Origin: Lama guanicoe | Lineage: Eukaryota | DNA length: 64,000 nucleotides | Direction of reading: 5' to 3' | NCBI GenBank assembly: GCA_013239625.1 | Contig: MU053994.1 | Coordinates: 1,615,775 to 1,679,774 of the forward strand | Shown here: one piece after another, positions 33,422 through 45,923 of the stretch | How the letters are laid out: the number at the start of each line of letters is the position of its first letter | How positions within the stretch are numbered: position 1 is the stretch's first letter | The notes under the pieces: model-generated | Told to the model about the DNA's origin: nothing | The model's input: the letters and a program-made list of their open reading frames with translations, nothing else | Database searches by the model: none | Position numbers and translations under genes: made by a program

Positions 33422-33524
33422 GCTGAGAGGTTCTGGCTCCAGCTCCCGGGAGAACGCAGATCCTGAGCAGAGCAGCAGAACAGAGCCTGCCCAGATGGAG
33501 CCGACAAAGGAAGAGAGAAGAGAG

Positions 33525-34480
33525 TGCAACAGCCAAAACATTTTAGGAGGAATGCTTGCACATCTGTCAACACTATAAATGCCTGTACCTTCTGACCCAG
33601 ACACTCTACCTCTTGGAGTCTTTCTTTCAGAACTACTCATGCTTGCACCCAAAAATACACGCACTAGGAAGTCGACCAGCCTCATCTGTCACGTTGAAAA
33701 ATTAGCAGCACCGTAATTATCTAATAATAGACGGTACTAAGGGAATGGTTAAAGAAGTCGTGGTGTGTCCATCCTGTGGCATACTTGGCAGTTAATAACG
33801 AGCAAATGGTATCTCTAGATTGTCATAGTTTGGGTTTCTGCAGAACAGACCCTAAGACAAGCATTAGAGTGCAAATTATTTATTCAAGAGGTGGAGGAAA
33901 CACAGGAGAGGTGTGGGCGGGAGGCAGAGGGGAATGGGGAAAGGAGGCAGGGAAGGGAAGGCAGCCAATAAGAGCTATGCTCTCAGGTTAGTACCACTGT
34001 GGGCAACTGGGGCTCCTTCCTTCAGGGCAGTTCGAGGAAACGCCTCAGAGCTATTGCGCCCGAGGAACAATGCTGGAGCCGGCAGAATGAGACACTAACT
34101 CCTGAGATTCCTTGGTTGAGGGCTGCGCCCCGGGCTGTTAATTCCCTGGCACTTCCAGCCAGCCTTCCCTACTTTTGGCAGAGCATCGGGAAAGCACTCA
34201 AGTCCAAAGGCGTGGCCCCTGGCAGTGAGAAGGCACACCAGGAAGCGGGAAGGGTCCAGGGATACAGTCAGCCAGGCAACAACGGCATCTGCCAAACCTA
34301 AGCGTTGTTCCTCCTGATCCACTGTTTAAAGTGCGCATGGGGGGTGGAGCATAGGGCTGTGCAAGATGTGATTGCATTTGTATTATTAAAATACGTGTGT
34401 GCACATGTGTGTTTCCGGGTGCATCTATGAAAAAGAAAAAGGAAAAGAAAACACAGACACCAAGCTGTGATCAGGAGCCG
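33525..34480 (+). mobile_element. L1ME-type 3' fossil interrupted by LTR33
   Basis: aaatgcctgtaccttctgacccagacactc...gggaatggttaaagaagtcgtggtgtgtccat; resumes ~34300. Confidence 0.6.
33821..34296 (-). mobile_element. LTR33-family solo LTR
   Basis: tgtcatagtttggg...cagaccctaagacaag...gcagccaataa...ccactgtgggcaactggggctc...ttggttgagggctgc. Confidence 0.85.
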
Positions 34481-34619
34481 AGGCAGGATCCTCTATTTCC
34501 ATAGTCTTAATACTTCTAAACAAGTTTAATTTTATAATCAATAATTATTAGTCGTATTTAAAATGAGGGGGAAAATTAAAGAAATTAAATGCATCATCTA
34601 CAAGGGGAAAAGGAGATAA

Positions 34620-34875
34620 AGGCCATAACCCATCCAAACCCTTCAGGCTAGATACGTTTCAGAATTAAGAATTTTTTTCTGTATTAGAAAGGTGAGACCT
34701 GTAGAAACGATGTCTATGAAACACCACCTGACGGGTAATCAGACACATTAACATTGCTGCGCTGAGACACGGGGACAGTCATGCAAAGTGGGATAGATAA
34801 TGACCGTAAAAAGCCTCACATCCGCTCAAACCAGGTTTCGCTACCAGATACATTTGGGCAAAACTTTTTTTTTTT
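34620..34875 (+). mobile_element. Ancient TcMar-Tigger-type DNA transposon fragment
   Basis: tccaaacccttcaggctagatacgtttcagaatt...gtaatcagacacattaa...aagtgggata...agcctcac; exact family uncertain. Confidence 0.5.
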
Positions 34876-34879
34876 GTTT

Positions 34880-35018
34880 AAGCCTTACCTGGCCATGGCT
34901 TAAAAATTTTTTTAAATTGGTCCTGGGTTTTACTTGGTAGCATTTTATTTGAGATTTCATCACCTACATTGATAAGTGAAACTAGTCTGTAGTTGTGTTA
35001 TCTTTGTCAAGTATTGAT
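34880..35018 (-). mobile_element. Old L1 ORF2 fragment
   Basis: tagcattttattgagattt...tagtctgtagtt...tctttgtcaagtattgat. Confidence 0.5.
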
Positions 35019-35019
35019 G

Positions 35020-35774
35020 AAGGAAGAGGGAAGCCCCAGCCAACCGACAGACCCATGAATGAGCCCAGTGGAGATCTACAGAGCCCAGCCCAGACTGGAA
35101 AAAACACCTGGCCAAGCCACAGACCAGTGAGAAATAATAAATGGGCACATTCTAATGGAAACAGCCTAAATGTCCATCGGCAGATAACTGGATAAAGAAG
35201 TGGTGGTATATTTATACAATGGAATACTACTCAGCCATAAAAAAGAATAAAATAATGCCATTTGCAGCAACATGGATGGACCTGGAGATTGTCATTCTAA
35301 GTGAAGTTAAGCCAGAAAGAGAAAGACAAATACCATATGGTATCACTTATATGTGGAATCTAAAAAAAAAAAAGACACAAATGAACTTATTTACAAAACA
35401 GAAACAGACTCACAGACATAGAAAACAAACTTATGGTTCCCAGGGGAAAGGGAGAGGGGGAGGGATAAATTAGGAGTTTGAGATTAGCAGATACAAACTA
35501 CTCTATATAAAATAGATAAAACAAGGTCCTACTGTATACCACAGGGAACTATATTCAATATCTTGTAATAAAACATAATGGAAAAGAATATGAAAAGGAA
35601 TATATGTATGTATATGCATGGCTGAGACATTATGCTGTACACCAGAAATTGACACATTGTAAACTGACTATACATCACTAAATAAATAAATATATAAAAA
35701 TAAAAATAAATGATCATGTTTTAGATCACTAAATCTTGGGGTAATTTGTTAAATAACAACAGCTCACTGAGACA
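35020..35774 (+). mobile_element. MLT1 (F/G/H-type) LTR 3' part split by young L1
   Basis: cagacccatgaatgagcccag...gtgagaaataataaatg | aataaatgatcatgtttta...ttggggtaatttgtta...ctgagaca. Confidence 0.7.
35144..35704 (+). mobile_element. Young camelid-type L1 3' end with ORF2 C-terminus
   Basis: ORF track MEYYSAIKKNKIMPFAATWMDLEIVILSEV; 3'UTR gacattatgctgtacaccagaaattgacacattgtaaactgactata; flanking aataaatg duplication. Confidence 0.95.
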
Positions 35775-37240
35775 GGCGCCATGGCTGTTGAACAGCAGTG
35801 TCTCACCATCTTTCTCAGGGTGGTGGTTCTGAAGAAGGAAGCAAAATTGATCTGAAAAATACACAACACCCCAGCCCCTTTGCCCCCTCCAAGATTCCAC
35901 TCTTGGCCCCCGATTTTTCCCATCTCTCAGCTAGGGACACACCTCCTCCAGGAGCAGAGAGAGAAGTCCTGAGGGGCTTCTCCATTTCTCAGCAGTGGGG
36001 TGGTGGGACTAGCAGGTGGCCACAGGGCAACAGCCACACACGCATCGCTTTCCTAGGGCAAAAGGCAGCCTGGGCTCCGGGAACCCGGAGCGGTGTGAGG
36101 GTGGAGGAAGACGCAGCCCTTGGGGCTAGTTGATGCCTTTAAAACATGCAGACGTACAGAGAGAACGAACGATTCTTTTCTATTATAAAATATGTGCTTA
36201 GCATATTTATGTAATAGTTTCACCACGTGCAGGGAATTGAGTTCCTGCATTAGGCAAGGAGGTCGGCTTCACCCGCTTTTGACACACTTGGGTAGGTCTG
36301 CAGCCTTTGTGCAGGTGGTTACACACAAAAGGAACCCTGGCAGCTGGTAGAGGTGGGGGGGTGGCCTGGGGTGGGAACCTGGCCCATAGGCCATGCCTGG
36401 CTTTTAGCTTCACTTTGATGGCCTCTCGTACATTGCCCCCATGAAACACACACGTGAGCTTATTTCCTGCGAGGAGCCAATTTGGGGCGTGGGCCAGTGA
36501 GGAGGGTGCTGCTGTCTGCTGGGAGCAGCCCCCTGAAAGATGGGGCGCTGGGAAAATTAGAAAATTGCTGGCCTCCTGGGGCTGCAGGTTGGAGTAAGAG
36601 GATGCAAGCTGTGGGGCTCAGCTGGCAGGAAAGACTGCCATTGCTGTGGCGTTTGGCCTGTCGTCCCCCCCCCTACTCCGTTCCTCCCCACAAAACCCCT
36701 TCCTTTTTTTTCCTGACTCTTTGGCCTCTTGTCTCACTTTCTTTCCCTCCTTCTCTTTCAATCTCTTTCCTCTTAACTTTTTCTATCTTAATTGGCCATA
36801 ACACAGACGTGAAATTCTTTTTATTATCTACTCTATTTATTGAATACAGTTTTATGTTCCTTGCTCTTAATTTTTAAAGTGGATGAGCCGAACACTTTAT
36901 GGTTTACTTTCAAAAAATTTTATATCGCAGCGGGAGTCATCAGGGCCGTTCACAAACAGTCCGCTTCTCCTGGGCACGTGGCTGGAGCAAACATCCCCTC
37001 CTATTTGGGACTTACCTCTCGGTGTGTGACTTGTGTGGGTCAATTAAACATGAGCCCCCCTGGATGGAGCCTTGACAGCCGGCAAGGTCAGGGGCCAACT
37101 TGTTCTCCTGCTGCTCTGGTGATGGGGGAAGCGTGTGTGGAGGGGAGACTTTGTCAGCCTGGGTGTCTGAGCGACTGCGCTGGGCACACCATCCTGGCCT
37201 GCCCACGTGAGTCAGGCACGTTAGTAAGGAGTGAGCTTTT

Positions 37241-37337
37241 TTTTAAATTTTTTCCTTAGCGGAGGCACGAGGGGTTGAACTCAGGACCTCATGCACACCA
37301 AGCACGTGCTCTACCACGGAGCTCTACCCCTCACCCC
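37241..37337 (-). mobile_element. tRNA-derived SINE, camelid vic-1 type, inserted in an MLT1 3' end
   Basis: Reverse complement gives ggggtagagctccgtggtagagcacgtgcttggtgtgcatgaggtcctgagttcaacccc; TSD aggagtgagctttt (37227-40) / aggaataagctttt (37338-51). Confidence 0.85.
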
Positions 37338-37489
37338 AGGAATAAGCTTTTTGACATTAAGCCACTGCATGTGTTACTGCAGCCCAGTCTTATCCTGACT
37401 GATGCAATTCTTTCCTCCTTTGACTATCCTCTCTGAGAAGAAATCATTTACTGTGATGCTAAAATTATTATCTGTGCCAATTTTTTAAT

Positions 37490-37605
37490 CATTGTGTGTT
37501 GGGGGGTGAGGGGGGAGGCCAGGATTCCTTTGAGAATCTGCTAAAACAATGAGCTCCTGTCCCCTCAAAATGTACACATGACATTTTGCACACAAGCACA
37601 GGTGT
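37490..37605. mobile_element. Short hAT-Charlie-type fossil (MER112-like)
   Basis: cctttgagaatctgctaaaacaatg...aaaatgtacac...attttgcacacaa; family name uncertain. Confidence 0.45.
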
Positions 37606-38154
37606 TCGTTCCCTCCTGAGTACAAACGCCTTCTCTAGTCTCCGAACTGACGCTGACTCGTCACCGCTCCCGCTCGGCACTGTCAGTCCAAGGGGCCGGG
37701 GTGGGTTAACTCTCCTTTCCTCCTCGTGCTCGCCTCTGCCTGCACATCGCAGGCACAGAATCCTGACCACTCTAGCGGCGTCCTAATGACAAGAAGCCAC
37801 GCATCATTTCAGTTGCTGGAGCCGTGGCAATCACTGCAATCTGGACAATTAGGTTTCCACGGAAGTTTCCTAGGGTGGGAATGAACTTCTGTAGGGATGT
37901 CCTTGGCAGCAGACAGGGTTTGGGGTACTTCTGGGGCCACATGTCAGCAACCCCCTGTCAAGGTGGAACTGAAAGGCTGGCAGGGAGAGGAGGGGTTTGG
38001 CAGAATGCAGTGACAAAGCACTTGATTGTGACCCTACAGGCTCGTCCTTGTGGGTTTCTTTGTGCTGAGGGTACTTCCTTGATCTGGGACACGTGCCCCA
38101 CACTCCGACACATGTGACCCCTTTGGCCTTTCTCAATGTCAGTTTTGTCATTTT

Positions 38155-38245
38155 GCACAGCCTAAATTACTGACTGAAAAAATTCACTTGCAAGCTGGTT
38201 GTTCAGAACTGGGAACAAATGTTCCCCATGAAAAGTGTTTAAGAT
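38155..38245. mobile_element. Ancient Tigger-like fragment
   Basis: aaaattcacttgcaagctggttgttcagaactgggaac...ttccccat. Confidence 0.4.
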
Positions 38246-38840
38246 GGTGGTCAGTCTCAGACAAATCACCAAAGTCTATCAAAGGCAGCCGAACACTAGA
38301 AAATGTTGGAAGCCAAATGTGGGAGTCTGTGCAGTGTGGCAGGGGAGAGGAAATCTGCTTTCTCTTACCCATTTTCCATCTCTCATCTCCTTCCCTTCAT
38401 TCAGGTCCTCGGTTCTTGTGAGCCTCTTCCCACCCCCAAGGCACACTATTCCTAAAATCACCCCTCTTTCTCCAAATCTCACTGTCTCAGTATAGCTGAA
38501 CCCCAAAAGGTATTCAGGGGAAAGCAATTTTATTGGGCTAATTCTCACTAAAATGTGAGTGACTCGGAACCCCTTCATTCTCTCAAAAGTATTCCTATTT
38601 TTTAAAGGCAAGTCTCATAAATCCACACTGGTTGCCAAATTGCTAGACCATGTATCAAAACAAAAGAAAAACTGTCGGGAGCAGTGAAGGCATGTTTTCT
38701 GCGAGTTTGCCTCCTGGGATCAAATCCCCAAAGCATAGCTCTTAATTGTTAAAACTTCTTTCCATCTTTCACCAGCCCACACAATCTCTACAACAAAAGT
38801 ATTTCTCAAACTCATTCTTGAGGTCACCATATTGAGGTTT

Positions 38841-38894
38841 CATATATGCGTGTGTGTGTGTGTCTGTGTGCACGCGCATGCACGCACGTGTGTG
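38841..38894. repeat. Alternating purine-pyrimidine (TG/CG/CA) tract
   Basis: catatatgcgtgtgtgtgtgtgtctgtgtgcacgcgcatgcacgcacgtgtgtg. Confidence 0.85.
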
Positions 38895-41092
38895 GCTGAG
38901 GGGGCGTTGTGGGCAGCAGCTGTCGGTAGCCATGGATAAATCTAGTGTCCGTTAAACCAGAGGACAGCCTAGAACAGGAGTAATGATGCCGTCCCCATGC
39001 CAACTTCGCACAGAATCTCCCATAACAAGTGAGTGGCATTGTCTGCAAAAGCATTCTGGCGTCTTGGGAAAGGGAAGCCCTTATTTGCGGGAGTGGGTGG
39101 TTGGGGGTGGGAAGGATAGATTTTTCATTCCTCCCAAACCACTTGCAGAATATAAAATTAGTCACAGCCCCTTGATACTGGGAACAGCGATCGAATTCAT
39201 ATGGCGGCTAATTTTGCCCAAAAAACACAGCCATGGGGCTGTGGCCGGAGTTCCAACGGACGACTCGGGCTTCGCTCCCTCTCACGGGGGTGTGGGGCTG
39301 CACCTCCCGGGAGGAGGCTGGGCACCAGAAAGGGCGATCTCACCCCTTCTTTCATTCAGCAGCTTTGTCTGCAAGATTGGGGAAAGGCTAGTGGGTATAT
39401 TTCGAGGGAGCAAATAATTAGTTCTCATGGAATCTCGTTTTAGATTTTAATTCTCCGTCTTGGAGCCAAACTCTAGGAGCAGAAATTTCTATCTGCGGCT
39501 AGGGACTCAGTTCCGGCACACTAAAAAAAGGCCCTGCTTCGGAGGCATTTTTCCATGCATGAATCAAATTATTCCAGCTGGGTTTTACCAACACGTAGGC
39601 AATCAAAACCTACTTTAACTTGCTATTTTATTCTTTATTTACTAGTTCTATAAATACTATGATGGGTGTGCTTTTATATTGGGCTGGGGGTGGGGGTGCG
39701 AGCACGAGAAGCAGCAGCTGTTTGCATTCACGGGTCACATGTAGGTCCAGGGTTTGTGGGGAGACAGGCTCGCCGCCATCCCTGTATCTGTGGTCAAGGC
39801 ATCTCCTGCCCGCTCGCGAGTGTGGCCATGAGCCCTCCATTTGCCAGACCTGGACAGAACGCCTTTGCCACCGTCCCTTCTTTCCTGGGATGACAAGGCC
39901 AACCTGGTTTTGCCTCCAAGCCTGGCAAGGAAATAAGAACAAAATACAATGCAAATCCCGGGGAGACGCAGACACAGAAAAGCAGCGGACAATTCTGGCC
40001 AAGGCCAGTGCACGGGGAGCAGGAGAGGGAACTGAAGATGAGGGGCTGGCCTTCGGTGGCCTTCAGCTCTGATAGCTGATGATTTGATGAATTAGACTTG
40101 CGCGCCAGGCCCCAGTGGATAAACCAGGATTAAGGGGTGAAGGGGCAGGGACGCAGATTCTGACTCAGCATTGGGACGAATTTGATAAAGATCAGAGTGG
40201 TCTCGAATGAATCGGGCTCCCTTGAGGGCAGCAAGTGCCCTGTCTCTGCGGTTTTTTTCAAGCATGGGGTGACCTGAGGAGAGGCCCTGGAGAGAGGACG
40301 CAAAGCTCCGAAGAATGTTAGATTTGGTGGCAGTGAATGTCACCTCCGCCTCGGGGAGGCCAGCTTCCCAGGGAGGGACGCGTGCTCCTTGGGCCCCCTG
40401 CTGCCTTTCCTACGGGGACACGGCTCCTTCAGCCCCCAGAGGCCAGAGACCCTCCTGTTAGAGCCAGCACGGGGGCACAGAAGCAGAGAGGATGCCGCAG
40501 AATCTCGAATACAAGATTCCAAGGGCGGAAAAGAGCTCCCTTGAAGGGTGGAAATGTGGAAGGCCAGATATATACCCAGGACCACGATATCTGAGCACAG
40601 GCTGTTGGGGGCCCCTGGGGAGTTACCTCTGAACAGAGTCTCACCATGCAAATTATCTGCCCCTCTCCTCCTCGCAGAGGTTTGTTCTCCAGCCATTGGA
40701 GGTCTGCAGGAGCCCTTGCTGGGTGGCAGTCATTTTTACCTCGCCAGGACACAGCTCCAAAGCCAGCTACGGCCTGGAGTTGGACCCAGGCAGCTGGAGC
40801 TGTGGGGCGGGATGACCATGTGTCCCGCCCAGCGCTGGGCAGGGAGCGCCCACTGTCTCCCCACCGGCCTTTCCAGGGGAGCCTGGCCTGCCCTCCAGCC
40901 CAGCTCACCTCTGGGAGACTGGGCCTGCCCACAGCTCTGTTGGGCCCTGGGCTCCCATCTGTTTTTCCAGGCCACCTGTGGCACACACCTGCCCGCGATG
41001 TGGAGGTGGGCCTCGGCGTGGCCTGATGGGACTGTGGCCGGGTCGACCTGGACCCTCACCTGATGAATGAGTCAGGAATTCAACTTGGACCA

Positions 41093-41535
41093 TGTCCTGG
41101 GTTGAACAGTGTCCCCCTCAAAACTCACAGCCATCCAGGACTTCAGAATGTGACCTTGTTTGGAAATAGGGTCTTTGTAAATGTAATCAAATAATGACAA
41201 GGTCATCCTGGACTAGGGTGGGCCCCAGTCCAATGACTGGTGACCTTGTAAGGAGAGGGAGATACACAGAGAGAAGACGGCCGGCCGCGTGAGATGGAGA
41301 CAGAGACGAGAGAGATGTACCTACAAGCCAAGGGACACCAAGGAGAGCCTACAGCCACCAGAAGCTGGGACAGGCGAGGAAGGATTCTCCCTAGAGCCTT
41401 CAGAGGGGGCGTGACCCTGCCAACACCTTGATTTCAGACTTCTAGCCTCCAGAATTCTGAGAGACTCAGTTTCTGTTGTTTTAATCCATCTAGCTGGTGG
41501 TGACTTTGTTACAGCAGCCCGGGGAAGCTAATACA
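41093..41535 (+). mobile_element. MLT1C MaLR solo LTR
   Basis: tgtcctgggttgaacagtgtcccc...atgtgaccttgtttggaaatagggtctttg...caacaccttgatttcagacttctagcctccagaa...ctaataca. Confidence 0.92.
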
Positions 41536-41949
41536 GTCAGCCTGGCTGCCCCCGGCATCCGTGGGTTCTGACCAGGCAACCGTCTGTCGGCCCCTGAAAT
41601 GATCCCCCACCATGGACTCTTGACTGACCATAGATTTCAGTGTCTTAAACCTTATTGCCAGGGGAGCAGGCAGCATCATCTGGCGGGGCCAGGCCAGGGA
41701 AAGGGAATAACCACATCCAGAAGCACAAGTGCTCTTCCCTGTATGGTTCTCTGAGGGTCACTGTCTGGACCCCTCAGTGCCCACCCCAGTCCTCTGGCCC
41801 TTTGATATAGCCCTGTCATCTGGACCATGTCTGTCTGTCTTGAAGGTGTCACTCTTCAGGGAAAGTTGACAATCTCTTATCAAAGGGAACTATCCCCAGT
41901 GAAGATCTGGGGGCACAGGTGCAAAGCAGGGGTCCACACCCTACATCTG

Positions 41950-42480
41950 GCTTCTATAGCAATGTAAAACAAAATGTGAATTACAGCCCATGCTTCAAAA
42001 TGAAAAGATTTTATGTTAAAATAATGTTTCTTTTCAAAATTAGAAAATCTGGCCTCGGCAGCTAAAGCAGAGAAACTGATGGCCCCTTTTAGATTCAGAC
42101 ACGTCTATCTGGCTGTCCACAATCCCCAGCACCCTCTCTTACTCCCTGATGGTGAGGCCAGGTATCAGTTGCATAAATCATTTCTCTTCATTTTGTGAAT
42201 CTGGTATGGCATTATTAAGAGGAGAGTGAAATATTTCTTATACCTATGTCTCTATCAAAAGTTCAGAAAAGAGAGGACCATGTCTTAAAAGGAAAGCGGA
42301 AATGAACATATATCTTGGTGGAAGTGGCACTTCTCCCGTGATTACTATGCAAAGTGTTTCTGCACGTAACACACAAAGCCTAAGACGCCATTATGGGAAA
42401 AAAAGAAAAAGAGAAAAAAAAATCCCAGCCTATTCCTTCCCTTACATCACCTGCTCCATCCCTGGAGGAGGTTGATTTCG
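41950..42480 (+). mobile_element. Charlie8/MER102-type hAT fossil retaining the transposase N-terminus
   Basis: 42246 atgtctctatcaaaagtt = MSLSKV..., LVEV, LLCK and ctaagacgccattat = LRRHY; decayed by stops and frameshifts. Confidence 0.65.
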
Positions 42481-42589
42481 AAATTCCTGCTTAAAAGACT
42501 AAAGGATGTTCTGGCATCTTGTCCTCCCCAACTCCAACGACATGAGCCTAATCAGGATCCCCTCTAATCTCTCTCCAATCTCCTCCATC

Positions 42590-42850
42590 TCCCACAGGAC
42601 TTTCAGCAGAAACTTGATAAAGTTTGGAAGATGCCACTTCCCTTTTTCAATGGCTTTTAAGCTTACCACCGCCTACAGGACAAAGCCCATCCCTCTTAGC
42701 CACCGCCCCTCCCCCAGCCTCATTCTCCAGCCCCGCCCACTTCCACTGGCCCTGATCCACTCAGCGCGTCCTCCTAACACCTCCACCATGTGTACCCTTC
42801 CTGCCTTGAGCAGATTTTTGTTTCCATCTCAGATGCCTTTCTTTCTGGAG
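42590..42850 (+). mobile_element. L2 fragment
   Basis: ttcaatggctt...gcctacaggacaaagccca...tgtacccttcctgccttgag...atgcctttc. Confidence 0.55.
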
Positions 42851-44169
42851 TTGGGGTCCTGCTGGCCTCCACAGCTCATCTAACCCAGAAGCTTAGGGGT
42901 GTCACGGCAGACTCCTTGGAAGTCTCATTTTCATGCGAGTCTTTAGATCCCTCGAAAGATGACTTCAAGACCTTGGAGTGTTTAATCATGCCACTCTGTG
43001 GGATTTACTGCACTTCTCTAAAAATAGAAGCTTGCCAAAAGTTGACCCAGCCTCTGGGAGCAGAGCAAGGACTCCCAGGAGGCAGGGCTCTCCCCCACCC
43101 ACACAGAGCCATCGAAGGGCAGGAGTCCTGCCAGATCATGTATTTGAGCCCAGCACTGGGGATGCTGGCTCTGGGCCCCAGTCCCTGGAAAACTCAGTCT
43201 AAGTTATACTGTTTGGGAGTCTCAGAGTTTTATAATCACTCAGAGATCAAACCACATAATTTCAGTGGTAATTACTTGAAGAGGAAAAAAATCTTTGAAC
43301 CTCAGAGGCAATACAATCTCAGTGACCTGCAAAATACAGAGACAGCTGTGGGCAGCAGGGCAGCCTGGAGCATCAGAATGCTGGCTCATGGTAGGGATTG
43401 GACTAGTCAAAGATAGAATTACAGGAAAAGGGAGAGGTCTGTGAGCCCCTGGATTTATCACCCAAAGCCCTGAAATTCCTCTTCCCACCATCTAACTTCC
43501 ACCAGCTAATAAACTCCTACTCACCACCTATGCCCCAGCTGGGATGCCCCCTCCTCTGGGAAATCTGCCCAATTCACTTCCCTTTTCCTCTCCTACAACT
43601 TGATGACTTTCATAGTGGCCCCCCTGCCTCCAACTCAGTGCAGTAGGCACCTCGTCAAACAGCCTTTACCCTCAAACCTCTTGCATCCACAAATCACCAT
43701 GGGCTTTGCTTCCCCCATGGCTCATTCGTGTTTCTGGTTTTCTGTGCCAGCCCTTTGCTAAAAAGCAAGTTCTCCTTCTCAGTTGTTCTCTGCTTTGGAC
43801 TAGGTACTTTCCTTCTGGAACAAACGTGTCCCAGCCCAGGCACAGATTCAATTCCTTTTGCTCTATGCCCTGCAGCTGTGGGCCAGCTCAGCTGCTCCCA
43901 CACACAGTCCTGGCTCCCAGAATTGAAGCCTGGGCAGAGCTCCAAGGACCTTGGTTGCACAGTGTGGGAGAGCAGACATCCCAGCAATGAGAGTCATTCC
44001 CACCTCCACGCTCCTGCTGCTCATTTGCCCTACATCTCATGCATAGCACCCTCTTGTATCTCGGTCTGTCTCCCTTTCCAATCTGTGCTTCTCACATGCT
44101 GGGACCTCGTTTTTTCTTTCTGTGCTTCCTCCAGAACTTCATGTGGGGCCTGACACCTAACAGGTTGGG

Positions 44170-44612
44170 AGAGATAATATTATTTGTCCATCATTCTTTC
44201 TTTGCTCCTTGTCTCTGGCATAGTTTGCCTTGGGCAGTCTATATCTCCCCATCCTCTGACTTTGAGCTTGGCCATATGAATTGCTTTGGCCAATAGAATG
44301 TGGGTGAAAGTGACAGTGTGTCAATTACAAGCTAAAGCTTTAAGCTTCTACCAGCCCTCTTGAAGCTTCTGTCCTCCCTTATAGAAAGAGTACATCCCAG
44401 GTAGCCATTGCTTCTTCAGCCTGGGTCTCAGACTGAATCCATGTGGGGTAAACATGAACCCAGACTGAAGCCTGGACTTAAATATAGCCCAGCTTGAACT
44501 GTGGCTAACCTCCAGATCTGCAAGTATGAAATAAACATTTGCAGTTGTTAAGTCACTGAGATTGGGGGGGGGACTAGTTGTTACACAGCATGATCACACA
44601 AAAAGCTAATAC
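44170..44612 (+). mobile_element. MLT1H/I-type MaLR solo LTR
   Basis: tgactttgagcttggccatatgaattgctttggccaatagaatgtggg...aaataaac...gttgttacacagca...ctaataca. Confidence 0.85.
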
Positions 44613-44722
44613 ACAGTCCCCAAAGACACTTTTGAGGTATAAATCAAGGGGGAGTGAATGAGTGAAAGCCAAACTCATTCTCAAGAGAATCAGCTTAGTT
44701 CCAAATATGGTTCACAGTAACT

Positions 44723-44911
44723 CAGTGTTTCTCCAGATGTGGTCCTCAGACCAGCAGCATCCACATCACCTGGGAACTTTTCAGAAATGCAAGTTCTTGG
44801 GTCTTTCCCTGGACCTACTAAAGTAGAAACTCTAGGGGCAGGGCCCAACAGCCTGTGTTTTCACAAGCCCTGCAGGTGATTCTGATACATATTTAGGTCT
44901 GAGAACCACTT
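44723..44911 (+). mobile_element. MER5A MITE
   Basis: cagtgtttctc..gtggtcctcagaccagcagcat...tgagaaccact; TSD cagtaact/tagtaatt. Confidence 0.92.
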
Positions 44912-45097
44912 TAGTAATTGCTGAAAGAGAACAGCTTTCTTCAGTCTAGGAACCATTTCGTTCCTTTAGTGCAGACACTCCAGATTTTTAAATGATGGAG
45001 CCCAATTAACCAAATGCCTTGACTATCTCCAACACCATCATCGTGTTTAATCTAAGGTGTCCTGAGGCATTCCATCTAGGCACAGAATTTTCTAACC

Positions 45098-45278
45098 CAG
45101 TGGCTCTCAACTCTAGCTGCATAATAGAATCTCCTGGAAGCTTTTAAAAATCCCGATGCCAAGGTCACATCCAGGCCAACGGAAACAGAGTCTCTGGGGA
45201 TGCGACCCAAGCATTAGGATTTTTTTTTTCAAGCTTTCCCAGGTTATTTTAATGGGCAGCTGAGGTTGAGAATGACCT
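45098..45278. mobile_element. MER5B MITE
   Basis: cagtggctctcaactctagctgcataatagaatctcctggaagctttt...gttgagaa. Confidence 0.8.
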
Positions 45279-45923
45279 TTCCTTTTTTTAAGAGACCTGG
45301 GCTGGCCCAGTACCAGTCCCTCTGCTGCTGCCTGCTCTCACTCTCCATAGGGCAAAGCAATGTACGTATTCTCCCTGCCCCAGCTCTTAAGAATCTAAAG
45401 GCTTGTTAAATGTCCTATGTCTTGGGCACATTTGCAGCACTTTCAGGAGACTGGATCCTACCAGGCATGCTGTAAGGACGTGGAGTCACTCCATTTAGGC
45501 GTTCATTCTTCCTGCGTATGCAGAGTACCTTCTACCCGCGAGGCAGTGTGCTGAGTGCTTGCAAGTCTTCCCAGAGGGCAAACAGAGCCAAGCAGCTGTG
45601 GAGAGTAAGGGCTGGTGTCTGGCTAATGGGCCCTCGACACAATGCTTGTGCTTCGGAGCATCACGGATAGTAGTGGCTTCCTGGAAGGATGTAGGTGTCC
45701 AGCCCCCTCTCAGGAGGCCAAATGGCTGTCACCCCTTCATCTCCGGCTCAGCCAGGAAGGAATCGGGAATCGGGAATCAGGGTGGTTTAATTTTACCGGC
45801 TCCCTCTCCCGCATACAGCCAAAGGCTTTTCTCCCTGGAAGCCTTCCCCGTTGCCTTTCCCTTCCCTCTTCAAAACTCACTATAAGACTTCCTAACCCCC
45901 TGAAGACCCCTTCCTTGCTTAGC

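Noticed and set aside
35219..35473. ORF with clear protein similarity (also 10843-11154)
   Set aside because: LINE-1 ORF2 C-terminal remnants in 5'-truncated elements, not host genes.
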